DNA of 63,600 bases, filler included, from Intoshia linei (Eukaryota > Animalia > Orthonectida): NCBI GenBank assembly GCA_001642005.1. It is 5 parts of 5 records of this genome, joined end to end, with 100 filler letters (N's around TTAATTAATTAA, not from the genome) between each part and the next. Parts side by side here need not be neighbours in the genome. Positions count along the whole stretch, not along the records: positions 21,488 to 31,831 come from LWCA01001279.1; positions 31,932 to 59,355 come from LWCA01000439.1; 3 more parts are not named here. One strand, 5' to 3'. The notes beneath the pieces were generated by a model. That model ran no database searches. It had not been told where the DNA came from and saw only the letters and a program-made list of their open reading frames with translations. Position numbers and translations under genes: made by a program. The stretch's first letter is position 1; each line of letters starts with the position of its first letter. Of this stretch, positions 24,756-37,932 are shown piece after piece.

Positions 24756-26662
24756 TGAATTAAAAATGACAAAATTATTTAATTTAATTTATTACGTAAA
24801 ATCTAATTGTATTAGAAAAAGGGTATATTTCAAAATATTAGATGAAACAGAATTCGCCTCTAATTTGATTAAAACTCAAAGATACCTCAAGAAGAATGGT
24901 TATACGATAAGTTCAAAAAAGGGTAATGATTAAAATTAATAAAAAGTTGTTGATTAGTCGTAGGATAACAATCTTTGACAGTGATTTGTTAACTTGTCTA
25001 AAATCATTGAGAAATTGGTAATCGACATCTTTTTTTTTTTAGAAATGAGGACGACAATTCTCGTCGGAGGATGATTTGATCACATTTTAGTATTTTTCAG
25101 TTTTTATTAATGTATATGTGGGAAAAATTTGACATTTTATATCTTTGTAATTTTTTATTAGTTCTCATTTTCATAGTTCTACATGCTCTGAAAATACCGT
25201 TGAAAATATTTTAATTATGGTTGGTATTATTTTATATTTTTGGATATTTCTTTTTTTTTCACAGCTAATAACTGTTTGTACGAAGTACAAAATAGACTAG
25301 CTAGTAAAATAATAATAGAATCAAATAAACATAAATTAAAAGTACAGGCGTTATAAAATTTCTGCGTCAATCTTGGTGAAATTTGTTTATCACTCTATTT
25401 TCAAAAATAATTCAAGCAGAAAAGCTGATAGAATAATCAAATCATCATATTAATACATAAATATATGTAATAATCATGGTATATTTATAATCTATATACA
25501 TATATGTATATATGTATGTATTAGTATATTAATTATATAATAGTGCGCAAAATGAAATAAATTTATATTAAAATTAGTAAAATTGATATAAAAAGTTAGT
25601 AACTTAGCAACAACTAAAAATATAAATTTACTTTTAATATAAAAGTTAAATTTTAAAAATACATTTTAAGACCTGGAGCCACTTGTGCTATTGTAATATG
25701 AATATTACTTAATATAAATGTAGTATAGAAAATATGAATCTGTCACTAGTTATTTTTTTACTCTCTAAGGCAGTGGCTCCCAAACTTTTTCCACCATGCA
25801 CAAATTATCACAAAAAAAAGTGTGTGTGGACCACATAATTTTTTAAAAAAATCCCCTTAATACTGAACACGTCACTAAGGTAATATTTATATTTTTTAAT
25901 ATATTTTCTTCCTTAACTCTTTCAGTCTGTGTATTCTATACTATACACCAGACATTTTCAACCATTTTTCGCTGTGGATCCCTAAGATAATATTACATAA
26001 AACCTGTGGACCCCCAAAAAAATGATGGTCAAAAGACATGGAGTACTATATTTCTGCCAGGTGATAAACTTGATGAACTATTAATATTAACCTTTAACCC
26101 GTTAATGTTTTCAAAATGGAACATGTTTTTCAGATATTGTTTACAGTACTTTATTAATTGTTTACTACATATTTTATCAGATCAATAAAAATTCTATATT
26201 ATCTATCTTCCCTATGAAGAATTAATATTTTATATCCCTTGGTTGATGTTTCATAGAATCATGAATATTGACTGATTTTTTGTCCCATTTTTAATTTGAA
26301 ATTTAAAGCTTTTTTCGCTTTAAATCGTTACATAGATTAAATTTAACACACATGAAAATTATTCACGTTATTCAGTAAATTTTCACTTTATTTTCATTAA
26401 ATGATGTTTACGTTCACTAATAATAATAAATGATCGATAATTAATAATATTCTAATTGAATATAATTGTTAAATAAAAGGTTATCTTTATTTTATTTAAA
26501 TTTTTTTTTGTGATTTTAATCTTTGACCCATATAATATACATTGCATAGAACACTGCACTTTGGCTTTTTAGATTTAAATTGTGGTCCTAGTAATAGCTT
26601 ATATTAAAAAAATAAAAGTTAAAATGTATTGTACAATTTATGTATAATTTGGTAAACTTATG

Positions 26663-28977
26663 TTAATCGGCAAAATACTTGAACATCGAAGTGAAAACGA
26701 GTTTTTCAATGAGTATAACCGAATTAGCCAACATAATGTGGGCACTACGACCAATAAAGCTAAACAAGTCGTTAGGCAGAACAAAATGAATTTCATGTCG
26801 TTCGACATTAACACTGGCTTTAATAAGAGGTGTAAGTATATTGCTAATCATTTCCATCATAATACAATCTAAAAAATTACTAAATTAAAAAGAATAGAAG
26901 AATCGAAACCTTTTTTAGAATTCATATTATTAGTACGTTTTATATGAGCAGAATGAAATGGAACATAGTAATCTTGCGGTGAAGAAATAAGAATTATATT
27001 TTTAAAAAAGGTCAAACCTACGTTTAAATTTAAAAAAAATAAAACAATTATACCGTTTAATCGACTTAATTTGTAAATAAACGTTTCTTTGTAATCTGAT
27101 GAATCATTCATAGTCATTTGTGACATTGAATAAGATTTAAGCAGTTTTTGAATGCACCAAACACCAGCTTTCACCAATTTAGACCCTGTATAATTTAGAC
27201 CTAAATGTGGCCCACCTATTGATATGTACGTGTGAAACAAACGTTGAAAGTGTGAAAATTTGTATGAATTTATAGCCGATCTTATAATCAAATTTCCCAT
27301 TGAGTGACCAATAAAACTAGATGAATAATAATACCATTACTCCGATAGAATTACCTAAGTTTTTCAACGTTAAAATTATCAGAATAATATATAATTTCAT
27401 CCGCTAGTCGTGTTCCCTGTAAAATTAAATTTTGATCGGTGTTTCCCTAAATATGAATATGAAACATGAATAAGTAAAGATACCTCATTTGAATTGGACA
27501 TGAGAAAGCAAATTTTATACCCCACCAGGGCTAAATTCAGACAATGTCTGTATAAAATAAGATCGTTGCTGGAGCCTAACCATTTTAAAGTTAAATAAAC
27601 ATTGATATTATTGTTTCTACCTTCCAGTCCATGAACACATACAATGAGATGGATTGGTTCTCCAATTTTAACCGGAAAAGTATTGCTATCCAAATAATAC
27701 AATGGAAAGGGAGGTATAGAATCTGGTTTCCTAAATTAATATATTACATGATTATAGAGCAGTGCCCACCAAACTACGGTCCGACAAAATACACCGGTTA
27801 TATCTATATATGATATATACTATCGACTTGTTATTTCTAGATCCTGAGAAACTTATTAATTCATTAACTTAGTTTAAATCGTAATTTAAAATACCGTCAT
27901 GTATATTTTTCATCTGGCCCGCAGATTTTTTTAAGCTTTTCCGGCTCCATGTCAAAAAGTTTAGTTATAGAGCATTGATTCACACAGTAGGTAACACCCC
28001 AAAGACGTTAATAACACCCAGGGCGACTGAGAAAACAATTTGATTTATTGTAATATAATTTAATAATATACAAATTGTTAAGAGGGGTAGGAACAATGTT
28101 TGAGAGCGAATTTTAAAGTAAACAAAATAAAATTTACAGTGGCTTCAAAAACCAACGCATGCTAACTCGTAAACAGTATTTAAAATGATTAAAATTATCT
28201 AATCTAAAATAATGAAAAAATTATACATTTTTAAAGTACGTTAAATTGGTATCATGATATTTACAATCTCTATTGCAATTTACATAATCACAAATTATAG
28301 ATGAATATGTTATAAGCCACTTTATAGTATTTTCGTCATTAATATTAAAATTTTTCAATACATGACAAATTTTATCATCAACTAAAATAGATTTAATTTA
28401 AGCTTAAGAAAATATTGTACCCTTGACACATTTTTTATTATTGATGCTAGTTGTACTAAGAATTCTGCTAATAATATTTATATTTTTTGAAAATCTAAAT
28501 TTATAAATTTATAATAAAAATTCACCAATAAAATCAATAACATGTACCGTTTCCTGTAAAGTTCATTTTCTCGACTGAAACGTGATTCTCTGTATAATAT
28601 TTTAGTTGGTTTACGTTCGGTTTTATTAAAATTAAAGGTTGGATAAGTGTGAACACTTTTTATTGATAAATTTTTACTTTTCTTAAAAGATTCTCTTTTT
28701 CTAATCAAATTAGAACAAGAACAACTCGTTCTTATACAAATTGATGAGTTTGGAATAACATTTTTGACGTCATCATGGACGATTTCTTTGCATGATTCTT
28801 TTATATTTGTTAAAGATGCACAGTTTCTAGGTATATTGAAACGTTTTAAATTTCTAAATGTATATTCAATGTTTGCATGAGAATGACATCGAAATTTTTT
28901 TGGCTTTCTGTGCTCTTTGATAATACTATTGTTGTATAATTCGTCTTTAGTAATTAGTTTTTTATTTATAGGAATAT
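26663..28977 (-). CDS. FAM135-like protein, C-terminal DUF676 putative serine esterase domain (partial; 5' exons unresolved)
   Basis: HLIVCVHGLEG.SNDL, SFIGHSMGNLIIRSA (GxSxG), YISIGGPHLG, FKNIILISSPQDYYVPFHSA, IGRSAHI..IEKL..KYF are collinear with the FAM135A/B C-terminus. Confidence 0.88.
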
Positions 28978-29139
28978 CTATATTGTAATTTTAAATATAT
29001 GTATGAATAATATTATAATACTAGGTTGACTCCTATATACCTCGTACAAACAGTACCTACCTCTGAAGAGGGCGGACATTTTTATTCTACCAAAAAAATA
29101 AATTCAATAAGAAAATCTATATCACTTATACAAATTATA

Positions 29140-30170
29140 ATGGATATGAAATCCCCAAGTGTATAATTTGTTTGAAAGAATTGACACAGGCATCCATGAA
29201 ACCATCAAAACTACAACTGATTTAAGTAAAATTCACTAAGAATTGATTAATAAGGAATACAAATACTTTTAAAAAATATCCATAATACCGATAAAAAATT
29301 AAAAATACAATCAAATTCATATTTCATATCGGGTTCAAAATGTGTTGAAGCTTCTTATGTACATATCTTACTTATCATATCATATCATACTTATGTAGTA
29401 TCATAAATTATATCTAAGAGTAAAAAATCCCATAGCATTGGAGGAAATTTAATTTTACCAGCAACATAAAAAATTGACACTATTCAATTGTCGATAAATT
29501 CCGTAAAAAAAAGAATTATTGATCTCAACATTTAAATGATCAAACAATATTAAATCTATTCAATAAAAAAATTTCTAATCAGCTAAATGAAACAACGGAT
29601 ATAGCTTCAAATGCATGGTTTTGGGCTTATTTTAGGTATCTTGATAATGATGGAAGAAATTTTTTTTTTGTAAAACTTTTGAAATTACAATTACCTCTGC
29701 GGATATCATAAACATTGTTGATGATTATTTTAAACTAAATGGAATATTATAAGGAAATGTCTTTGGAGTAACAACTGATGGCGTCCCTCCAATGTTGGGA
29801 TGTAACTCTGGGTTAAAGTAACTCAAGCCAAGGTAAAAGAAAAATCTCCAAATACGGTAGGCATTCATTGTTTTATCTATAGAGAGGCATTAGCTACAAA
29901 ACCTCTCCCAAATAATTTAAATAAAATATTCAAAGATTTAATTAAAATAATACAAGTAACTACAATATAATGTAAGTTTACATTATATTGTATATTAAAA
30001 AATCGGCTTTAAATACACGTCTCTTTAAACAATTATGTTTGGATAAGTATGCAGAAAGTACAAAAATCCTATTTTAAACAAAAGTACGATAGGTATCTGT
30101 TGGACGATTTTTAAATCGATTTTTTTTATTACGAGTTAAAATTAAGCTATTTCTTAAAAATAAAGAAAAT
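29140..30170 (+). mobile_element. Degenerate hAT/Buster (ZBED5/SCAN-type) transposase remnant
   Basis: Fragments FLIQLNETTDIAS, GVTTDGVPPMLGCNSG and IHCFIYREALATK match the Buster family. Many stops and frameshifts. Confidence 0.8.
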
Positions 30171-31139
30171 TAACAATTTTCAAATTCTAATAAGTTATAG
30201 CCCTAATTTTCACTGTAAAAATTCTATAGTAAAATTGGACTAACATGTATAAGTAACAATGAATTTAAAAGTTATATAATTGTGAAACTAATTGGTTTTG
30301 AATTCTGAAATTTTGTGACAATACATAAATACGGATGATCTATAAAGATACCAATTTTCGTTTCAAATTCTTCACATCTTAATGCTTTTCTAGAAATATT
30401 TTTGTAATAAATTTTTGGATATGTCCTATAACAAATTGTTACTTATATCAATTTATTACTGTATAACTACATAGTAGATATAAAATCAAAATTAGGAAAA
30501 TTTCTCAATCAAAACTATATTTTAATGCTAAAATCTAAAACTAAATTATACATTACAATACAACTGTATATAGCATTTTTATCCGAACTTTATTCAATAT
30601 TTTTTATTTAAATGTCATTTAATCGAAAATATATTAATTATTCCCAATTTTTTTGCTTCCTTTCTATTTTAAATGTAAATCTACATGGCATTGTGAAAAA
30701 TTAGCGAACGTATGTATAATTTAGACTTCTATTAAGAATACATTAGATGCTTTATAATATTGTCCAGCGGTGTATTAGTAGTATTTTGTAGTAAGTTAAA
30801 GATGGGATTCAAGGTTTACAAGCATTTTTGAGAACAGTGGAACAATATAATACGTTGGAAAACTGGTGTTATATAGTGCAGATAAAAATAGTATTTCGGT
30901 GTTCAGCTAGCAGACAGAATTGCTAGATTCGTCATTAGCTGCAGGTGATGTAGAATTGGATAATTTAAATAACTTCAAAATTATTTTGTCAATACATTAA
31001 ATAAGGAGGATCTAATTTAGTGCTTCTCATAGGGATGACCAGTCACCCCAAGGGTGAATATTAAAATTTTAGATGATTGGGGTGAATAGGGGGTGAATGA
31101 TAAATTTTTAACATATTTTATTCAATTTAGTCAAATATG

Positions 31140-31470
31140 TGAAAAAACCAAAATTTTACAAACCCTTAATAAAATAATCCCCTTATACCAATATTTTTTT
31201 GAAAAATCCCTCTGTCAAATTCCAAAAGAAAAAACCCAATTTTACCAACCCTTAATGAAATCATCCTCTTTTACTAATATTTTTTTGAAAAATCCCTGTC
31301 AGATTCCAAAAGAAAAAACCCACTTTTACCAACCTTTAATGAAATAATCCCCTTATACCAATATTTTTTTGAAAAATCCCTCTGTCAAATTCCAAAAGAA
31401 AAAACCCAATTTTACCAACCCTTAATGAAATCATCCCCTTTTACCAATATTTTTTTGAAAAATCTAATTT
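31140..31470. repeat. Tandem array of ~85-90-bp units (built from ~30-bp subunits)
   Basis: AATATTTTTTTGAAAAATCCC(TC)TGTCA.ATTCCAAAAGAAAAAACCCA.TTTTACCAACC occurs three times plus a partial copy. Confidence 0.85.
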
Positions 31471-31831
31471 TATCAAAATTTTATATCGGAAATCTCTATC
31501 TGATTCCAAAAGGATTTAGCCATGTCAATTATCTTTTGGATAAACATTGAACATGCTCAATATTAAAAAACGTGGCGATTTACGTTTAAAGCTTACCTAC
31601 TTATCTATTAACTAAATTTCACATACATTATTGTTATATATTTCAATTAACATGCAAATACCATGCATTATTTATGATTCATAAAAAAACAATGAAAATT
31701 AAAAACGATGTGATCACGTTATGTGTACTCAAGTTCAGTACATTTTATAAGTGCAAATTGTGTATTTCTACACAATCATGACATGTCATAATAATTGTTT
31801 TATTGGGGGTGAATAGAACAAAAATATGTGT

Positions 31832-31931
31832 NNNNNNNNNNNNNNNNNNNNNNNNNNNNNNNNNNNNNNNNNNNNTTAATTAATTAANNNNNNNNNNNNN
31901 NNNNNNNNNNNNNNNNNNNNNNNNNNNNNNN
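31832..31931. other. Artificial contig linker
   Basis: 44 N + TTAATTAATTAA + 44 N. Confidence 0.97.
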
Positions 31932-32159
31932 CCTTTCCAATCATATATAATAATCCATATATGTACTTTATTTAACATTTCTATTCACCTTCAAATATGC
32001 CCATTTTAGGCACCTTTTCAAACTTTAGGCTTATTTTAAAAAAAAATTTGGACGTGATGCAAAAACACTGATTATACATTTTGTTCAGAATAAAAATCTC
32101 TTTCAGGTACACTAAATTTTATTCTTGCACCTCAAAAAAGTTGTTATTTTGTTGGGCAG

Positions 32160-33685
32160 TGTAATATATTAAAAATTATTTTTCACCGGGAATGCGTAGA
32201 TTTCCTAAATTTAAATTTTGTATTTATATCAACTGGAATAAGCTCTATCAGCATACACTACGTTCCAAATTATTAGGTAAGTGTTGAAATATGGCATTTC
32301 ATTGAAATATGCCTTAAAGCTGTTAAAATTTAACATTTTTTTACGTTAAACTCGTAGACCTTGTGAAAGAACATCTTCGAAATTTCAAAAAAATAATAAA
32401 ATTAGTTGACGAGTTTTTAAAATATATTGGTTTTTGACCGTTCCAAATTATTAGGTAAATTATACAATTAATCACTTATATATATATGTATATTATATAT
32501 AATATATCCGGTCCATCTAAAGTCGCTCATCCGTAAATATAACTTTCGAAAAATCAATCTTCATATATTTACGAGCCCATTCGACTCTTCTATGTTTATG
32601 TTGGTTGCTAAGAAGTGGTCTTGTTTTGGCTTTAACGGATTTTGCGATTCTATTTAGTGCACGGCATCTTGATGTTCGAGGGATTGTAGGCAAACCAGCT
32701 GACCGAAAAAGTTTTTTTGATGACGATAATGGTTTCTTTGCAAGTTCCAATAACAATCTTCGGTATCCTCATGTAGTCAGTCCTTTGATACCGCCTTTAG
32801 GTTTTCGCGCCCTTTTTCGTTCAAAGTTCAGAGTGTATTTCTTTATCGTCCTTACATTCCTCTCGATTTTTGACGCAATTTTGTAAAGACTATTACCTTC
32901 ACTCAAAAGTTTGGTAATTTTGGTTTTTTCGTCCTTTGTAAGGTCTTTTTTTTGCCCATTATTTATTTACTTAATAATTTGGAACATCAATTAATTAAAA
33001 ATGTTAATTAATTACTTTATCCTTGACGATACACAAAATTTAAAAAACTTCAATCTCGTAAAAAATATTATAAGTTTAATTACTTAGCAAAAAAAATTAT
33101 CAATGTAAACAGTAAACCATAGTGTTCGGCAAAACGTGACTTAACTAATAACTTAGAACGCAGTGTAATCCTTTTTTTAAATTTTCTGACCGTTAATTAA
33201 GTCATATTTTTTGTTTTAATATAATATTTCGGAAAAAAAAATATGAATACTAAAATACTTTTTTGACCGTGAAGTCGTCACTTATTCGGATTGAAATTTT
33301 TATGTGTGTTAACATGATACAACTGTACCTACCTGTAAATTTTTTGAAATTCTAGGGCTGTTTTCATAAAAAAAGAAGGGTAATCTAAAGTTTTTGAAAT
33401 TCTAGGGCTGTTTTCAAAAAAAAAGGAAGGACAATTTGTGGTTTTGGCCCTGAAGATATAATATTTTTAAATTCTCCAACTCGTTTGATTTTCAAAAAGA
33501 GGGACAACAGGGGTTTTTAATCCTTAAGATGTGAAATTGGGAGGTTGAAATTTATCTGATTATACGTCCCGGAAAAAACCGTAATTGAAATGTGGTCTTT
33601 AAAAAATTCTAAGAGTGCTAGTTATTTCATTAAAGTCAGACACACATACAAACAAAAATCGCGTCGCATTTTATATAAGTTAAGA
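32160..33685 (-). mobile_element. Partial non-autonomous Helitron copy interrupted by a Tc1 element
   Basis: 32160-32255 and 33166-33340 are contiguous in the paralog at 54390-54660. The 5' terminus TCTTAACTTATATAAAATGCG is at 33685 (reverse strand). Confidence 0.78.
32256..33165 (-). mobile_element. Internally deleted Tc1-family transposon with IR/DR ends and TA target duplication
   Basis: TA|CACTACGTTCCAAATTATTAGG...ACTAATAACTTAGAACGCAGTG|TA. The transposase reads MGKKKDLTKDEK...RPLLSNQHKHRRVEWARKYMKIDFSKVIFTDE with one stop and a deletion after the first catalytic Asp. The empty site is visible at about 54482. Confidence 0.92.
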
Positions 33686-33806
33686 TTTTACGGTTAAACA
33701 CTCACTCTGTAATACAGTGTGTATAATCAATTAAAAAGTCGATTCTCGGCAGATCTAGCTGTTTGTACGTAAGTATATAACAGTCAAACTAGTGTAAATA
33801 AATTAC

Positions 33807-34912
33807 CTTGTTTCAGAAAGATTTTTCACATTGAGAGGTTGAACAATATTAATATACTTTATTTTATTTAAGTTGATTGGAGAATTTAATGGAACGTGGA
33901 TTTGTCTTTTTCGTCTCGGTAATGGATTTCTATATACATTTATGGCATTTTTTAATATATATTTATTTTTTATTTTTTTTATAGTCTAATTGATATAGTG
34001 ATTCAAATGTATTCACGTATTAGCGTGATGGCAGACCCGAATCTACTAAGCTCGATGCAAAAAAATATTCTTGAAAATGAAAAATTGGTTCCAAATTTTT
34101 TTCGGTATTACCATTTTTGAATATGTACCCGATTTTGTCGAATTACATAAATATGTACACTGTACAACAGTAGAGGTGTTGAATAACTATTCAATAACTA
34201 TTCGTTTTATTTGACGACAAACTAGAACCCACACGTACCGGCATTTATCAGTTATTCCCGCCGTGTCCGTCAACACTTCTAATTAAATTAAATCATTACA
34301 CTGCTTTTCTTGTGAATTTGTTTTCGATAATGAGTATTTTGGTATTGCTATTGTCTTCATCTACCTAATTTAAAAAAACACGTTATATTGATAAAAATAG
34401 GAAAATTAACGTTTTTTTCTTTATTTTGATACTCGTATATATCATGATCCATTTTAAAAGTAACATTGGTTGCTTCGTTGGTTAAAGTTTTGTCAATCAT
34501 GGTTACTTGATTTCTGATATTTTGGAAATTTACTTTGGTTTGAGCTATTTGTAATTCCTTACAAATGGTACTTTTCATATTGTAATTTGATAAAATTGGA
34601 GAATTTTTATATTTACTAAAAAATTATAAATACAAATGTACATTGTACAATCTACACTATATTACTATTCATGAATAATAAATAAGAATTGGGTATTACC
34701 AATTTTTTCTAAGTTTAAGATTCTTAAACATAAAAATTAAATTATTGTCTTGTGTTTTTATCTATACATGTTTTATTTTTATTAGAATATTAATATATAC
34801 CTCTTTTTCCATAACAATTTTATCTGTAACATTATCAACGTTCATTAATAATTTGTTTAATGCATGATCAGCTGGAGCTACAGAAATTTTGCTACTTTTG
34901 AAAATTGGTATC
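33807..34912 (-). CDS. Possible multi-exon gene of unknown function
   Basis: Several open segments are bounded by short GT-AG introns (e.g. IPIFKSSKISVAPADHALNKLL..MEKE and ORF 34357-34578). No family recognised and downstream frames are not clean. Confidence 0.3.
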
Positions 34913-36166
34913 CTAAAAATGGTAATTCACATTTTTTTTAAATTTTTTAGCCATTAAATTTTTTTGGTTAAAAATACAAGTTTAATATGTACTGATTAGA
35001 TTCGATTGTATTTTGATGGTGGATAATATATTTTGTCCAGCACAAAAAGTCTTTTAATGATTTTTGTTCCATTTTTCACCAATTGTTAAAAAAATTGATT
35101 TCAATGATTTATATAAAATTATTGAGTTTATATTATATACAGCGTTACTACGATTAAATTTTATTAAACAAAACATTGATCATAATTATTTTTAATTTTT
35201 AATTGAGGTAAAATTATTGTACATAAAAAATTGCTGATTAATTATAATACAAACCATCAAAATAAACAGTGTTATTTTGTTGGGTTTTTAAATCAATTTT
35301 AAATTATTCCTTTAATTATGTTCTCATAAACCTACATTTTTTAATTATTTGATTATAATTATCATTGTATAATTTTCATTTTATATTGAATGTGAATTAG
35401 TGCATTGGTACATTTCATATACATATAAAAATTTTTTTTTATCAATATTATCATTAATTATTATTAATGATAATTTGTGATAACTTTTTTGATGGCTTGT
35501 ATGGAAGCTCATTTTAAACATAATTTAAAAATTTTATTCAATTTTTATTTATTGAAATTGAAATTAAAAAACTACCTGTCGAAAAGTGACCTCTGAACAA
35601 TTTTAACTGATATTGATAAAATAAATTTTCATATTTTACTTAAAAAAATTTACAAGTACACTCCTTACTTATATAAAGTAATTTAGTTAAAAATGGCGAA
35701 CATTGAGTTGAGCGATATTCATTTTATCGATGTATTGTTGAAGCGATACAACTTAGACTCTAAGTTGTATAAAATATATGTAATAAGACATAATCATAAA
35801 TTTTACTAATTTTATCATAATATTTATTTTTTGACGCAATTTTTAAAGATTTTAATATAGTGTTATGAACAAGATTTGGTAGGTTTTTTAAGGGTAGTTT
35901 TTTTTGATCCAATTTTTAAGATTATGAAAAACATTTTAGGACTAAAATTCGGTAGGGTTTTTAAGCCAATTTTTTTTGACCAATTTTTAACGATTATGAC
36001 GATAATTCAAGTCACAAGATATTGTACGGTTTTTTAAAAAATTTTTTTTTCACTTAATTTTTAAATATTTTAGATATTAAATATATAATTTTTAGACTAA
36101 AATTTTGTAGAGTTATTAAGGGATCTTAAAATCTTTAAAAATTAGTTTCAAAAAAAATTTCGTTAA

Positions 36167-37058
36167 CCCTTTTACTGTCTGATGAAATTTTATGTACTAT
36201 CACCATAAGTCTGGAATTTATGTTTTATTAATTAATTTAAACTTGTATTATTTTTAAATTATCTATGTGAAAATGTATAAATATAAAAGAATAAAGTTTT
36301 TAAAAATTATGCTGTATATATCATAGAACAGTGGTTCCCAAAAATATATATCGTCGGCCCTCCTCACAGTATACAAATATTTTTAGAAAAGATCAATTAG
36401 TACAAAATAGTGAATATGTTTATTATATTATTATAACAGCGGTTAGAAAGCATGTAAAAAATTTTTCCATAAAAAAATAATTAGATGTGTAAAAGTATTT
36501 ACATATATTATTAATATTTATGTTAATAATGAAGTTTATTTCAAGTGTAAATAAACTAAATTTTAATTATGATAAAACATCACAAATTTTAAATTTAAAA
36601 ACAATTTTAGTTTATTTTGAGTAAATTTTAAGCCAACATTTTTGTATTCGTGATCATAGATAAGTAGCTTTGGCTTTAAATTTAATACCAAATTAACTAA
36701 AATTGATAGTAGTACTGTAATATGGTAGACTAATTAAAGGAAAAATTGATGTGAGCAGTTAATTAAAATAATTAATTAGCTAAATCTCGTAAGGGTTAAT
36801 ATTATTTAAATTTATTATAATCCTAAATTAATCCGAATTTCAAGAATATATTAATTAACTTATGTAAATATTAAATCAAATTAAGGTTAACGATACTAAT
36901 TTAATTTTAAAATTTTTCTTAAATTTGCGCCCCCCTCAGACTCCGTAGCCCCCTCTGGTGGGCCCAAGCCACCCATTTGGGAACCAATGTCATAGAATAC
37001 ACAGACGTGTGAAGTGAAATTGCTGTGTATAGTATAGAATACATAAACAGTGAAAGGG
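36167..37058. mobile_element. piggyBac-type non-autonomous element
   Basis: TTAA|CCCTTTTACTGT...ACAGTGAAAGGG|TTAA. A related end occurs at about 25912-25955. Confidence 0.8.
36329..36989. mobile_element. hAT/Buster-type MITE
   Basis: TIRs CAGTGGTTCCCAAA / TTTGGGAACCAATG with a perfect 8-bp TSD TCATAGAA. Confidence 0.9.
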
Positions 37059-37367
37059 TTAAAATACCTACAAAATCATGGGACCCAAATTATCGTCAAA
37101 ATCTTTAAAAACTCTACCAAATCTTTGTCCCAAAATTCCCTTTAAAATCTTAAAAATTGGTCAAAAGAAACTTCCCTTAAAAACCCTAACAAATCTTGGC
37201 TTTAAAATTATCTTACAATATTTCAAAATAGGGTTAAAAAATTTTCCCTAAAGAAACTCACGCAAATTTCGTGAAAAAATCAATATCATTTTTTAGGAAA
37301 ATCTATGATTGTATCTCTCTAAGTATAGCTCCAACAATACATCGCTCACATGAATGTCATTTTAGAG

Positions 37368-37617
37368 CAGGGGTGCACAATTTTTCCATCAATTTTGCCG
37401 CAAAGCTACTTTACTCAATGATACTACGGTTGCAAAAAAAATTTAATTTGAAGTTGAGAGTTTAAATCCATTTTGAGAAAGTGGTTAAAGTCAAAAATGT
37501 AACGTTTTGATGAAAATATTTCCTTTGAATGTGAAGTAAAATAATATATTGCCAACGACCGCACATAAACGCTTTCTTGTCGAATGCGGCCGTAAGGCTA
37601 CATGTTATGCACCACTG
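37368..37617. mobile_element. hAT/Buster-type MITE
   Basis: TIRs CAGGGGTGCA / TGCACCACTG, TSD TTTTAGAG / TTCTAGAG. Confidence 0.75.
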
Positions 37618-37932
37618 TTCTAGAGAATGGAAAAGTGAATAACCAAACATAACGAACAACACAAGACGACTCAAAACTACAGTATCTCATCGTAACATTT
37701 TAGTAAATAAAGTTATATTTTAGTTTTTGTAGAACATTTTTGTATGAAATTTTTAATATGGCAAGCTCTTCCACTAAAAATTTTCAAAAATTTTTCGTCT
37801 TTTCACGATTATCATAAAACTATCATACGCAACTTTATCAGTATTTGGATCTACTTTATAAAATTTTGGAAACAGCCCTAGTGTACACATCGAAAACTAC
37901 ATTTCAAAATTATGTTTTAAAAATTTTATAAA

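Larger units (their letters stand above)
35835..37270. repeat. Foldback-like palindromic array of ~60-65-bp units
   Basis: Units such as AAGATTTGGTAGG.TTTTTAAG run on + from 35835 to 36120. Their reverse complements run from about 36125 and resume at 37059-37270. Confidence 0.65.

Noticed and set aside
24820-24930. Penelope-like RT fragment (..RYLKKNGY..)
   Set aside because: Only one short motif; too little to support a call.
31140-31470. CRISPR-like array, or the 84-aa ORF 31093-31347 as a repeat protein
   Set aside because: Units are contiguous tandem copies without unique spacers, in a eukaryotic context with no cas genes. The ORF is a by-product of the repeat.
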